Assembly: GCA_037189525.1 (NCBI GenBank)
Contig: JBBCJC010000003.1
Location: forward strand, 352,001-416,000
Length of the DNA stretch: 64,000 bases
Source: Gemmatimonadales bacterium
GTDB taxonomy: Bacteria; Gemmatimonadota; Gemmatimonadetes; Gemmatimonadales; GWC2-71-9
Direction of reading: 5' to 3'
In this document: positions 8,875 through 19,335 of the stretch, piece after piece
How the letters are laid out: each line of letters starts with the position of its first letter
Numbering within the stretch: position 1 is the first letter of the stretch
Position numbers and translations under genes: made by a program
Notes under the pieces: model-generated
Seen by the model: only the letters and a program-made list of their open reading frames with translations
The model's database searches: none
What the model was told of the DNA's origin: nothing

Positions 8875-11800
8875 CTATGCGGCGGCCTTCCCCGCATCCT
8901 GGTCGCCCAGTCGCACGCCCACGATCGTGGAAACGCCCGGCTCCTGCATGGTGACGCCGAAGACGGCGTCGGCCGACTGCATGGTGCGCGGGTTGTGGGT
9001 AATCACCACGAACTGGGTGACGCCCTTGAACTCCTGCAGCAGGTTGGTGAAGCGGCCGACGTTGGAATCGTCGAGCGGCGCGTCCACTTCGTCCATCAGA
9101 CAGAAGGGGCTCGGCTTGGTCAGGTAGATGCTGAACAAGAGCGAGACAGCCACCAGGGTCCGTTCGCCGGAGCTGAGCAGATGGATCCGCTGGGTCTTCT
9201 TACCGCGCGGCGCTGCGTGGATTTCGATTTCGCTCTCGAGCGGATCGTCGGCATTGGCCAGGCGGAGATCGCACTCGCCACCACCGAAGAGCGTCTGGAA
9301 GACCTTGTGGAAGTTGGCCTGCACCGCGGCAAAGGTCTCGAGGAAGAGGGTCCGCGCCGTGCCGTCGATTTCCCGGATGGCCTGGAGCAGGGACTGGCGC
9401 GCGGCAACCAGATCGTCCCGCTGCGAGGTCAGGAACTCCAGCCGCTTCGATTCCTCCGCATGTTCCTCGACGGCCAGCGGGTTGACCGGCCCGATGGACT
9501 CGAGCGCCTGGAGGATCCGGCCCACCTCGGCTTCGAGGGTGTCGCGGTCCAATTCGAGCAGCTCGACCTTCGGGAGCAACTCGTCGAACGGCGCCCGCCA
9601 TTCCGTCTCGATCCGTTCCAGCACCCGGCGGCGCTGTCCGGCCGCTTCAGTGAGGTCCAGTTCCAGCCGGTGGGCTTCTTCGTTCGAGACGTCGAGTTCG
9701 GAACGAAGGGCATGCACCGTCTGCTCGGCTTCACGCAGCGCCGCGGTGGCCGAAGCCAGGGCACCCTCGGCGTTGGCGGAACTCTGCTCGAGTTCTGCCA
9801 GGGCGGCCAGCCGCTCCTGCCGCTGCTCGTTCCACTCGGTGTGCTTGGCCTCGAGGGCCACCGCCTCCAGTTCGAGCGCGCTGATTTCGGTCTGCAGCGC
9901 TTCCGATGCCTGCCGGGCAAGTTCGATCGTCTGATTGGCGCGGGCCAGCCGCTCGGTCGTTGCGCGCAGCTTGGCGGCAACGTGAGCTTCCTCGACCTGC
10001 CAGTGGACCCGGGCCTCGCGGGCAGCTTCCTGCTCGCCTTCGAGCGCGGCGAGCGTCTGCCGCGCCACGCCGATGGCTTCTTCTTCGCTGACCTTGGCGC
10101 GCTCTCCCTCTTCGAGCGCGGCGCCCACTTCGGCCTGGCGTCCCTCGGTCCGGCCGATCCGCTCGGTCAGGCGCTCGAGTCGGGTCCGCGCTTCCTGCCG
10201 TTCCCGCTCCAACGTCATCAGGAGGCGAGTAGCGTCGTCGCGGGCCACCGTGGCCTGGCGTTCCTGCTCACGGGCCTGCTCCATCACCGATTGGGCTTCG
10301 GCGGCCTGGCGCTCGAGTTCGGCCAGCTGTTCCCGGGTGGCGGCAAGGCGTTCGAGAATTCGGTCGAGGCCTACTTGCTGGGCATCGATGTCTTGGGTCA
10401 GCGCTTCGAGTTCGGCACGCCGGCGGATCGGACCGGACGGCGCCGCCGACCCGGCCAGCATCACCGCGCCGGTCCGGCGGCGGAAGACCCGACCGGACGG
10501 ATGCAGAATTTCGGAACCGCCCAGCAGCGTGTCGATCCAGGGAGCTGCCGGACCTTCGGCAGACAAACGACCGGTCAGCGGATGGACCTGGCCATCATGG
10601 CTGCCGGGCACACCGGGCAACAGCACCAGCGCGCCGGGCTGGACCTCGTCGTACCAGGTTCGGATCTCGTCGAGGGCGCTGTCGTCTTTGAGCAGGATGG
10701 CATGCATCCACTCGCCGAGCAGCCGCTCCGCGAGTTCCGCGGCATCCCGGTCGGTCCGGATGAAATCGCTGAGCGGTCCGAGGACCGCATCGCCGAAGCG
10801 CTCGCGGGCGGCGAGGAGGGCCTGGGCGCCGGGGGCCAAGCCCACGCGATCGCGCTCCAACTCCTCCAGCGCCTGCCGGCGGGCCGAAAGCTGGGCAAGC
10901 TGCTCCTCGGCCGACCGGCGCTCACCGCGCTCGGCGGTTTCCCGCTCGCGGGTTTCGGCCACCAGATGGCGGGCCCGATCGGCGGCCGCCGTTGCGATCA
11001 GCGTTTCGTGACCGCGCTGAGTGACCTCCTGCTCGGCCAGCCGGGTTCGCTCTTCGGCGTTGGCGTGGTCCTGGTCGAGTCCGGCGCAGTGGGTCTGCTG
11101 CTGGGTCAGGCCGTCGCGCAGGGAGGCCAGTTCGCCTTCGAGCGCGGCCCGCTCGCCCTCGAGCGTGCGGAGCTGCTGTGCCCGGGTGTGAAGGGCCTGC
11201 TCCAGCTTGCGGACCTCGTCGCGATGCGCTCCAAGCCGCTTGCGGACCTCTTCCTCGGCCTGGGCCCGTTCGACCAGTTGCGCTTTGATCGACTCATGCT
11301 CGGCAAGCGCGTCGGCTTTGTCGGTTTCCGCCTGTTCACGCTCGAGCGCGGCCTGCTCGGTGCGGACGACGGCCTGCTGCCGTTCCTCTTCGTCCCGGTC
11401 CCGCCGGGCGCGGGCATGTCCCAGGCGCTCGGAGGCTACGGCCAGGTCGCCATCGAGTTTGCCCAGCGCGAGCTGCACCTGGGCCAGATCTCGGGAAACG
11501 GTGGCGCGATGCTCCTCGGCGGTGACCCGATCCCGTCCCAACGCTTCCTGCGCTGTCGTAGCGCCGGCCAACTGCTCCCGCAGGTCGGGCAGCACGGCCT
11601 TGAGTTCATCATGCCGCGCCTGCATCCCGCTGACGCGCTCGCTCAGGTCGGCCAGGGTCAGGTGCGCCAGGGTGATCTGGGTCGAGAACTTTTCCTCCGT
11701 CAGCTTCGCATGACGCTCCGCTTTTCCTTTCTGGCGGGCCAGGCTGCGAATCTGCGACTGCACTTCGGCAATCAGATCCTCGAGCCGCTGCAGATCCGTG

Positions 11801-12354
11801 GCCGTTTCGGTCAGGCGGCGCTCGGTCGAATGTTTCCGATCGCGGTAGAGCCCGATGCCCGATGCCTCTTCGAACAGCGACCGGCGCTCATCGGCGCGAT
11901 CCGAGAGCAGCAGGTCGATCATCTTCGCTTCCATCACGACGCCGGCATCGCTGCCGAGGCCGGTGCCGCGCAACAGATCGTTGACGTCGCGGAGACGTAC
12001 CGGACTCTTGTTGACGAAATACTCGCTCTGGCCGGATCGGGTCAGCCGACGGGTAATGACCACCTCACCGAACGCGATCGGCAGCGCGCCGTCCGTGTTG
12101 TCCAGGTAGAGCGAGACTTCGGTGACGTTGATCGGGCGCCGATTGACCGAACCCTGGAAGATGACGTCTTCCATCTTGCCGCCGCGCAGCAAGCGGGCCG
12201 AGGTTTCGCCGAGCACCCAGCGGACGGCGTCTGATACGTTGGATTTGCCGCAGCCGTTCGGGCCGACGATGGCCGTGACGCCGTGATCGAACTCGAGGGT
12301 GACGTGGTCGGCGAAGGACTTGAAGCCGGAGAGTTCCAGCTTGAGCAGTTTCAT
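8875..12354 (-). CDS. smc: Chromosome segregation protein SMC
   Basis: GFKSF, Walker A GPNGCGKSN, long coiled coils with hinge, LLSSGE signature, DEVDAPLD. Confidence 0.97.
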   Translation of the reverse strand: MKLLKLELSGFKSFADHVTLEFDHGVTAIVGPNGCGKSNVSDAVRWVLGETSARLLRGGKMEDVIFQGSVNRRPINVTEVSLYLDNTDGALPIAFGEVVITRRLTRSGQSEYFVNKSPVRLRDVNDLLRGTGLGSDAGVVMEAKMIDLLLSDRADERRSLFEEASGIGLYRDRKHSTERRLTETATDLQRLEDLIAEVQSQIRSLARQKGKAERHAKLTEEKFSTQITLAHLTLADLSERVSGMQARHDELKAVLPDLREQLAGATTAQEALGRDRVTAEEHRATVSRDLAQVQLALGKLDGDLAVASERLGHARARRDRDEEERQQAVVRTEQAALEREQAETDKADALAEHESIKAQLVERAQAEEEVRKRLGAHRDEVRKLEQALHTRAQQLRTLEGERAALEGELASLRDGLTQQQTHCAGLDQDHANAEERTRLAEQEVTQRGHETLIATAAADRARHLVAETRERETAERGERRSAEEQLAQLSARRQALEELERDRVGLAPGAQALLAARERFGDAVLGPLSDFIRTDRDAAELAERLLGEWMHAILLKDDSALDEIRTWYDEVQPGALVLLPGVPGSHDGQVHPLTGRLSAEGPAAPWIDTLLGGSEILHPSGRVFRRRTGAVMLAGSAAPSGPIRRRAELEALTQDIDAQQVGLDRILERLAATREQLAELERQAAEAQSVMEQAREQERQATVARDDATRLLMTLERERQEARTRLERLTERIGRTEGRQAEVGAALEEGERAKVSEEEAIGVARQTLAALEGEQEAAREARVHWQVEEAHVAAKLRATTERLARANQTIELARQASEALQTEISALELEAVALEAKHTEWNEQRQERLAALAELEQSSANAEGALASATAALREAEQTVHALRSELDVSNEEAHRLELDLTEAAGQRRRVLERIETEWRAPFDELLPKVELLELDRDTLEAEVGRILQALESIGPVNPLAVEEHAEESKRLEFLTSQRDDLVAARQSLLQAIREIDGTARTLFLETFAAVQANFHKVFQTLFGGGECDLRLANADDPLESEIEIHAAPRGKKTQRIHLLSSGERTLVAVSLLFSIYLTKPSPFCLMDEVDAPLDDSNVGRFTNLLQEFKGVTQFVVITHNPRTMQSADAVFGVTMQEPGVSTIVGVRLGDQDAGKAAA

Positions 12355-12437
12355 GAGATATCCGGATGGAGCGTTCGCGTTCGTACGGGGGCGCCCGTAG
12401 CGAAGGGCAGAAAATAGCCGGGCGGGGGAGCTTCGGG

Positions 12438-13895
12438 CTACTGTTTGAAGGGCGGATTCGTGAGGATGAAATACGGTCGGCCGAGCCGGCGTCCGGTCTC
12501 TTCCGCGAGGGGGCGGTTGCCATAGGGTCCGACCACGACTCGATACCCCTCGTCGTCGGAGGTCGGGTCCAGCACCCGGGCAGGGTAGCCGGCGGCTACT
12601 AGCTGCTTGGCAAAATCACGGGACCACTCGGCATTCTGGGAGCTGCTCACCTGCAGGTAGAGCCGTTCGGTCGAGACGGCCTGGCTGTCCGAGCGGACCA
12701 GATCGCTATCCTGGGCCACGAGGATCGACTCCGCGACGGCCGCCGCCCGGGTGGCCCGATCCCGGGGAATCCAGGTGGTTACCAGCCAGAAGTCGGCGGC
12801 CCCGCCGTCGATCCGCCCCAGTTCGGGCTGATTGGGGCGGCTCAGGTCGAGGGTGACCAAATCGCCGTCACGCCGTACCAGAACGGTGCTGCCTCCCGCC
12901 ACGGTGGGCAGATCGGTGTCCCAGTCGGTCCGGATCGTGGCCGTCAGCCGGCCGGTGGCCAGATCGACGATCCAGGCGCTGTCGCTCGATTCGGCCTGGG
13001 CCAGCAGCCAGCGCCCCGATCCATCCGTCCTGAGCCGACGCGGGGTCCCGGGAAGGGAAATGGTCGACAGCCGGTCCTGGCCGTACCGGTCGAACACCTC
13101 GATCGAACTGTCGTCGTGCGCGATATAGATCCGATGACCCGACGGGCTGAAGGAGACGTGTCGCGCGGGTGCGCTGGCGCGAATGCTGGTGACCCGGAAC
13201 GGATCACTGGTCTGGTAGAGCTTGACCTCGCGCCCGTCCGGAATGGCAACCAGATCGGCCCAGTAGCTCGCGGTCGGTTCGCCGTCGCCAACATCCGTGC
13301 TGTGCAGGGACCGGTCCGAACTCATCACCGTCAATTGCCGAGGCGTACTCCCGAGGACTGCCACGTATCGGTCGCTCAGTGTCGCGGTCTGGAACACCGG
13401 TTCGACCGGCAGCGGCGTCCGATACGTCACCGGGACGCCGCCCTCGTACCGGCTCACCCGGCGGCCGGCGTTGACGGCGTAGACCGATCCGTCACCCACC
13501 ATCGTCGCGGTTTCCACCCCGGCGGAGCGGGGTCGGAGCGCCCGGGACTCGAGGTCGACGGCGAGCAGGTTTTTCGAGGTGTCGACCAGGTAGAGGAGGC
13601 GGGCCTCGACATTGACGCCCAGGACGCCGCGTATGTTGGGGACGTCGCCCCGGGTGGTCCAAATCGGCTCGCGGAGCGAATCAGGGTGGTAGGCCTCGAC
13701 CACGCCGCTGCGGCGCGGCACCCGGATCAGGGAGACCTGCCCGCCAACCGCCGGCAGATCCGGTGGCGGGGCCGGCGGATCGCGATCGCAGCCGGCGGCA
13801 AACAGAAGGCCCGCGACCAGCGCTGCCGTCTGGATCGCGGGCCCAACGCGGTGCTGCGCTGTCGTCAGAACGTCGGTCCCAAGCTGATGGTCCAC
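12438..13895 (-). CDS. Lipoprotein with beta-propeller-like region and C-terminal SPOR domain
   Basis: Lipobox LFAAGC; C-terminal YLQVSS...YRVVVGPY SPOR-like motif; start uncertain. Confidence 0.75.
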   Translation of the reverse strand: MDHQLGTDVLTTAQHRVGPAIQTAALVAGLLFAAGCDRDPPAPPPDLPAVGGQVSLIRVPRRSGVVEAYHPDSLREPIWTTRGDVPNIRGVLGVNVEARLLYLVDTSKNLLAVDLESRALRPRSAGVETATMVGDGSVYAVNAGRRVSRYEGGVPVTYRTPLPVEPVFQTATLSDRYVAVLGSTPRQLTVMSSDRSLHSTDVGDGEPTASYWADLVAIPDGREVKLYQTSDPFRVTSIRASAPARHVSFSPSGHRIYIAHDDSSIEVFDRYGQDRLSTISLPGTPRRLRTDGSGRWLLAQAESSDSAWIVDLATGRLTATIRTDWDTDLPTVAGGSTVLVRRDGDLVTLDLSRPNQPELGRIDGGAADFWLVTTWIPRDRATRAAAVAESILVAQDSDLVRSDSQAVSTERLYLQVSSSQNAEWSRDFAKQLVAAGYPARVLDPTSDDEGYRVVVGPYGNRPLAEETGRRLGRPYFILTNPPFKQ

Positions 13896-16800
13896 ATCCC
13901 TCCCACGGAACGCTGCAACGGTACGGCGTAGTCCAACCGAAGAATCAGCATATTAAGAAGGTTTGTCCGCAACGAAAAGCCGTAGCTGGTCAGCGGGGTC
14001 CGGACGCAGCCCGGCACGGCCAATCCCGTTGCCGGGTCGAATGCGCAGGAAGACGCTGCGGCGCCGTCGCGGTTCAGGTCGACCGTCATGCCGCGCTCCC
14101 AGAAGACGCCGGCGTCGAAGAACACGGCCGCTTCCAGCGCAGCGGGGAAGTTCCCGAGCGAAATGACCCCGATGCCCGGCGCCACGACCGGAAGACGGAT
14201 CTCGGCGTTGAAGACGGCGGCGCGCGAACCGATCAGCCGGTCGAACGACGGACATCCGGTGAACGAGGTCTCGTCGATCTCTTCCCGGCATTCGTTGCGG
14301 CTGACGGAGCCCTGGGTGTAGCCGCGAATCAGCTCGGTGTTCCCGCCGTAGAACCGGAACCGGCTTTCGTCGCGTCCCATCCGGCCGATGAAGAGTCCGC
14401 GGGTCGCCAGCGTCATGTTGCCGACCAGGCGATCGTATCGGCGCACGTCGCCAGTCACGGACGTGAAGCGCCATCCGGACCCGATCACTTCGAAATTCTG
14501 ACTCACTTCGAAGCGCGACCGGCGACCCAGGAACGGTCCGACATAAGCGCTCAGCGAATTGTCATGGACATAGGCCAGGGCCGGCGCCAGGTACGTAATG
14601 CTCTGAATGTGAGTCGTCTCGAGATAGGGCTCCCGGCTGGGAACGCCTGAACCCAGGAAGTACGGCTCCCGGATCTGCAGGAGGTCGTCCGTCAGGTTCG
14701 CAAAAGCGAGCGACCCTTCGAGCCGTGAGAAGCGACTGAACGGATAGAATGCCCGGGTCGACACGTCGCGCATCACGAGGCGCCGGACGTTGGTCACATA
14801 GGTGCCTTCCTGGCTGGTCGGTCCGGCTTCGAAGGTGCTGTAGTCGTAGAAGAAATACGGCTGCTGCTGGATTCCGACGCCCCAGTTGAGCCTGCGCGAC
14901 AGGTTGGCATACTGGGCGACGAACTGGGTTTCGGGCAATCGGCCGTTGAGCGAGGCGCCGACGACGACCTGCTGATTCGACAGCATGTCACCCAGAACGA
15001 CCACGGCCGAGCCGGTCACCCCGCGGCCGAAGTTGTCGCGGACGTAGCCTATGGTCGGTCGGGATACGTATTCCGGGGCGAAGCGCGCCCGGTAGGGCCG
15101 ATGTACGAAGTCCGTGGTATCGGCCACCGGGATGACCACCGAATCGCGGAGTTTGGCGATAGTCACCGGCGCCGGCTGGCGGAGCGAGTCGGGCAGGGTC
15201 GGGAGCGAGTCGGTCCGGCGGAAGCCGGACTCTCCCCGGTAAATCGACCGCGACTGCAGGACGCCGGCTGGCCGGGAAGTGGTGTCGACCTGCGGGGCCG
15301 GACGCGGCACAAAGATCGGCTGCGCAGCAACCAGGATCGGTTGTCCCGCCGCGCGCGGACGCCAGGGCTCCTTCTTGAGCGACCGCGGGTCGTTGACAGA
15401 GTAGATGTCGTAGTTGGCCTGTTCGAAGTAGATGAAGGCCAGGCGGTCGGCGCCGCGCGCCCACGACAGCACTGGAGAGAGCGGGGTCACGCCCTGCACC
15501 CCGGTGTAGAACTGCGTCAGCTGGTAGACCTCGCGGTCGGCGAAGTCATACAGGAAGATGTTGGCGACATTGTCGCGATCCGAGACGAACGCGATCGACT
15601 GTCCGTCCGGCGCCCACTGCGGATTGGAATTGCGGCCCTCGTCCATGTTCGGCAGCACTTCGATCCGGCCGTCGTCGAAGTGGTAGAGCGCAATCCGGAG
15701 CCCGCCCCAGACCAGCGTCTCGAGGTCCGTTCCCGGTCCGCGGTCCGTCGCAAAAGCAATCGTCTTGCCGTCCGGCGACCAGACCGGATGCAGATCGGCG
15801 TACTTGTCGTTGGTCAGTCGGCGGAGATCGCTGCCATCGACATTGATGGTGAAGAGATCGGACAGGCCACCGTCCAGGCCGGTAAAGACGATCCGCGACC
15901 CGTCGGGGCTGAACGTGGGCGTGGTCACCCCGGCTAGCGGCACCGTAATGCGACGGACTTCGCGGTTCCGTTCGGGGTCGACGATGACGATGTCGTCTTT
16001 GCCCGAGCGCTTGGCGGCGACGGCCAGGTAGCGGCCGTCTTCCGACCAGGAGGCCGACGAGGTCATGAAACGGAAGGTTTCGTAGCTGCCGGTGAAGGTC
16101 GATTTGAGCAGCCGCCGAATCGGCTTGCCGCTGACACCGTCGGCAAGCCACAGATCCGTCGAGAAGAAATCCTCCTCGCTGAAATAGGCGACCCGGCTCC
16201 CGTCGGAAGAAAGCGCTGGCGCAAGATGCCAGCTGCCTTTCGAGGTCTCCTTGGTGAGCAGCCCCTGCGCGATGGCGCGGGCCCGGACCCGATTCTCGAT
16301 TTCTGGCAGGTACTGACGGGTTACCGCGTCGCGCCACTGCTCGATCAGTTGCTCGAACGACATCCCCAGGACGCGCCGGAGCGACGCATGGAGCCCGCCG
16401 CCGACCGCGTTCTTGGTGATGGCCCCGATGGCTTCGTCACCCCAGCGCTGGCCGATATAGGTGAGGATGGCGTGGCCGAACTGATAGGGAAACACCGTCA
16501 TCAGTTCACGCGGCGTCGGCAGGGTGCCTTCGAGGGCGCCGTCGCGGAGCCACATGGCCGTCTTCGTATCGGTCGGACCGAGCGAGAAATACTCCGCCAT
16601 ACCTTCGCCGAACCAGAGCGGGGCATTGGCGGAGAAGATGCCTTGAATGCCGGCGCCGCCGCGGCCGCGCGACCAGATGTCGAACTGAAACTGGTGCACC
16701 ATTTCGTGCGTCAGCACGTGGTCGTCGTCGTCGTAAAATCCCGATAGCGGGAAGACGTTCCGGTGCCGGAGAAAGTCGGTGAAGCCCTGCGTACCTTCCG

Positions 16801-17107
16801 GTACGTCGCCGCCGCCCAGATTGGTCTGCTGGAAGTGACTGTGCGAAGCGTAGAGGATGATTGCCTTACGCTCTTCGAACTGGTGGTTCAACACCCGCGA
16901 AAGCCGGGTATAGGCGCGCTCGGCCATCCGGGCCATGTCCATGGCCGCTTCGCGTTCTTCGGGATAGTAGTAGACGTCGAAATGCTCGGTCTGGACGATC
17001 CGGAAGTCGAACCGGCCGTACTGAACCCGGTTTCGGCCGAAGTACTGCGCAGCGAGCGCTCCCGGGAGCCCGACCAGCAGCAGAAGAAGCAGGACGAAGC
17101 GGCGCAT
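13865..17107 (-). CDS. Outer-membrane protein: zincin peptidase-like domain + TolB/PD40 propeller + Omp85/BamA barrel
   Basis: Signal peptide; HEMVH...WFGEGMAEY; repeated P-x-W/F-SPDG; IRGY, FNAEIRLP, FFDAG, terminal aromatic ISLGPTF. Confidence 0.85.
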   Translation of the reverse strand: MRRFVLLLLLLVGLPGALAAQYFGRNRVQYGRFDFRIVQTEHFDVYYYPEEREAAMDMARMAERAYTRLSRVLNHQFEERKAIILYASHSHFQQTNLGGGDVPEGTQGFTDFLRHRNVFPLSGFYDDDDHVLTHEMVHQFQFDIWSRGRGGAGIQGIFSANAPLWFGEGMAEYFSLGPTDTKTAMWLRDGALEGTLPTPRELMTVFPYQFGHAILTYIGQRWGDEAIGAITKNAVGGGLHASLRRVLGMSFEQLIEQWRDAVTRQYLPEIENRVRARAIAQGLLTKETSKGSWHLAPALSSDGSRVAYFSEEDFFSTDLWLADGVSGKPIRRLLKSTFTGSYETFRFMTSSASWSEDGRYLAVAAKRSGKDDIVIVDPERNREVRRITVPLAGVTTPTFSPDGSRIVFTGLDGGLSDLFTINVDGSDLRRLTNDKYADLHPVWSPDGKTIAFATDRGPGTDLETLVWGGLRIALYHFDDGRIEVLPNMDEGRNSNPQWAPDGQSIAFVSDRDNVANIFLYDFADREVYQLTQFYTGVQGVTPLSPVLSWARGADRLAFIYFEQANYDIYSVNDPRSLKKEPWRPRAAGQPILVAAQPIFVPRPAPQVDTTSRPAGVLQSRSIYRGESGFRRTDSLPTLPDSLRQPAPVTIAKLRDSVVIPVADTTDFVHRPYRARFAPEYVSRPTIGYVRDNFGRGVTGSAVVVLGDMLSNQQVVVGASLNGRLPETQFVAQYANLSRRLNWGVGIQQQPYFFYDYSTFEAGPTSQEGTYVTNVRRLVMRDVSTRAFYPFSRFSRLEGSLAFANLTDDLLQIREPYFLGSGVPSREPYLETTHIQSITYLAPALAYVHDNSLSAYVGPFLGRRSRFEVSQNFEVIGSGWRFTSVTGDVRRYDRLVGNMTLATRGLFIGRMGRDESRFRFYGGNTELIRGYTQGSVSRNECREEIDETSFTGCPSFDRLIGSRAAVFNAEIRLPVVAPGIGVISLGNFPAALEAAVFFDAGVFWERGMTVDLNRDGAAASSCAFDPATGLAVPGCVRTPLTSYGFSLRTNLLNMLILRLDYAVPLQRSVGGMWTISLGPTF

Positions 17108-17110
17108 CGG

Positions 17111-17494
17111 TCAAACCTTTCGTTCCGCGGCCGGTGCGTAGGCAACGGCTGGGGCATCGTTCCAGAGACGTTCGAGCTGGTAGAACGTCCGGGTTTCCGG
17201 ATGAAAAATGTGGACGACGAAGTCGACGAAATCGAGCAGCGCCCAGCGGCCCGACTGGAGACCCTCCACGTGGTGGGCATCGATCCCGAGCTTGGCCATC
17301 CGATCCATCACCGAGTCGGCGATCCCGCGCACATGGGCGTCCGACGTCCCCGACGCGACGACGAAAAAGTCGGCCGCGTCCGACAGGCCACGCAAATCGA
17401 GCGTGACGATGTCGCGGGCTTTGAGGTCGTCTGCGGCGTCGAGCGCCGCCTGTACGGGCTTCGGGATGGTCGAACCTTTGGAGGCACTTGCCAC
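17111..17494 (-). CDS. rsfS: Ribosome silencing factor
   Basis: KARDIVTLDL, DFFVVASGTS, WALLDFVDFVVHIF, FYQLERLW; GGAG RBS before GTG 17494. Confidence 0.95.
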   Translation of the reverse strand: MASASKGSTIPKPVQAALDAADDLKARDIVTLDLRGLSDAADFFVVASGTSDAHVRGIADSVMDRMAKLGIDAHHVEGLQSGRWALLDFVDFVVHIFHPETRTFYQLERLWNDAPAVAYAPAAERKV

Positions 17495-17739
17495 GAGCGA
17501 TTCTCCGACGAGCGGGCCGATTCCGCTCGATAACGTGACGGAACGGTCAGACGGGCCGGCCGTACCGCGCTGTCTCGTCTGACAATCGGTTTTCCGGCGC
17601 ACCCTGACGGCCGGGTAGGTGTCGGAAGGTCGGGGGTTGATCCGCGAAACGGAAGGGTTGCCGGCCCGCCGGTCCGATGCACCGATCGGGACGTGGGCGG
17701 GCCCGCAACGACGGGCCGGGCAAGGGGCTGAGCCTGGCG

Positions 17740-18189
17740 CTATTCTGCCGCGATGGTGACCTGGAGTTGGGCAGTCACGTCCGGGTGAATCCGGATCGAG
17801 ACCGGGTGCGTTCCGAGGTGCTTGATGGGGTGCTCGAGTTCGATTCGGCGGCGATCGATCTCGAAGCCCTGTTTGGCCAGCGCCTCCGCCACATCGGACG
17901 AGGTGATCGAGCCGAAGAGCTTGTCGCCTTCACCGGCTTTGGCGGTGAGTTTGAGGGCGACGGCGCCCAGCTTGCCGGCCAAGGCCTGCGCCTCGGCCTT
18001 ATCGGCGGCGGCGCGTGAGGCCCGCGCTTTGTGCTCGGATTCGATCCGGCGCTTGTTGCCCTCGGTGGCCTCGAACGCCAGGCCGCGGGGCAGCAGGAAG
18101 TTGCGCGCATAGCCGGGTTTGACACGCACCAGCGCGCCGGCCTTGCCCAATCCCTTGACGTCTTCCCGAAGAATTACTTCAAGATGCAT
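17740..18189 (-). CDS. rplI: 50S ribosomal protein L9
   Basis: VILREDVKGLG...VKPGYARNFLLPRG, KLFGSIT. Confidence 0.97.
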   Translation of the reverse strand: MHLEVILREDVKGLGKAGALVRVKPGYARNFLLPRGLAFEATEGNKRRIESEHKARASRAAADKAEAQALAGKLGAVALKLTAKAGEGDKLFGSITSSDVAEALAKQGFEIDRRRIELEHPIKHLGTHPVSIRIHPDVTAQLQVTIAAE

Positions 18190-19114
18190 TGCCGCCTCCA
18201 GCGGTCGGAATGCTGCGGTTACGAAAATCGATCCAGGTGTCGGCAACGCCGACCATCACCAGCGTGGCAAGGGCCATCGGCAGTACCAGCACCGAGGCGA
18301 TCAGCACCAGCAGCTTGCCCGGCAGAGGCCACGTTTGCGTCGACCGCAGGACGATGGCCAGGCCCCGAACGGCATAGATGCCGCCCCAGACGATCGTGGC
18401 CCAGCTGACGACACGGCCGATCGGGCCACCGACGTCGAACAGGGCGAGTGCCAGCGTAAAGATAGCACCCCAGATGATGTGATCATTGAAGCGGAACTCG
18501 AACAATGGACGCGGCGGTCGGCCGATCGGCGTCGCCGCAATCAGATGATACCAGCGCCACGCCAACGCGAGGCCCAGCATGCCCAGCAGCGCCATGATGC
18601 CGGGAAACGATCGGGCCATGAGCGGCAGGGCTTCCGTCATCATGGCCGCCTGCGCCGGGTCCGCGCCGCGGAGTCCGATCTCCAAGCCGCGCCGGAGATC
18701 CTCGGCCAGCGCGGCGTCGATCGTGGCCATGGCAATGCCCGCCGAGCGAGCCCACACTGCTGCGGCGGCCAGTCCGGTCACGATGGCAACGCCGGCACGC
18801 AGCAGCGTCGAGGCGCGCGGCAGGAGATGGATCAACAGGACGAACACGCCGCCGGCCGTGATCGCGACCGCGGTGAGCAGACGGACCGAGACCGCGGGGT
18901 GCGCCGCATCGCCCAGAACCTTGAGTCCGCCGAGGCTGCCCGCGAGCACGAGCCAGAGCCACTCGCGAGGACTCCTGGGCGGGGTGAACGCCAGCAGCAG
19001 GGCGAGGGGCACCAATAGAAAAAGTGGTGGGGCAACCAGAAGGTATGCCACCACCACGAACGTCATGCCGAACGCGGGGCGGCACCCCTCGGGGGGTGCC
19101 GCGGGCGAAGTCAT
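18179..19114 (-). CDS. DUF2232/YybS-like integral membrane protein
   Basis: Multiple hydrophobic segments, C-terminal GVADTWIDFR, position between rpsR and rplI. Confidence 0.8.
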   Translation of the reverse strand: MTSPAAPPEGCRPAFGMTFVVVAYLLVAPPLFLLVPLALLLAFTPPRSPREWLWLVLAGSLGGLKVLGDAAHPAVSVRLLTAVAITAGGVFVLLIHLLPRASTLLRAGVAIVTGLAAAAVWARSAGIAMATIDAALAEDLRRGLEIGLRGADPAQAAMMTEALPLMARSFPGIMALLGMLGLALAWRWYHLIAATPIGRPPRPLFEFRFNDHIIWGAIFTLALALFDVGGPIGRVVSWATIVWGGIYAVRGLAIVLRSTQTWPLPGKLLVLIASVLVLPMALATLVMVGVADTWIDFRNRSIPTAGGGNAS

Positions 19115-19335
19115 CAGCCCGTATGTCCCTTGATGTAGGGCAGGAGTGCCAGGTACCGGGCTCGCTTGATGGCCACGGCCAGCTGGCGCTGATGCCGAGC
19201 GGTCACGCCGCTCAGACGGCGGGGCAGGATCTTCCCGCGCTCGGTCAGGAACCGCGACAGCAGCTTCTCATCCTTGTAGTCGACGACCCGGATCCGCAGC
19301 TCGGCCAGCGGATCGCCCTTCTTGTGGCGGCTCAT
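19114..19335 (-). CDS. rpsR: 30S ribosomal protein S18
   Basis: [33 protein letters not shown]. Confidence 0.97.
   Translation of the reverse strand: MSRHKKGDPLAELRIRVVDYKDEKLLSRFLTERGKILPRRLSGVTARHQRQLAVAIKRARYLALLPYIKGHTG

Noticed and set aside
7969..12234. 1421-aa ORF on +
   Set aside because: Antisense shadow of smc and aroF; no motifs; expected from high-GC codon bias
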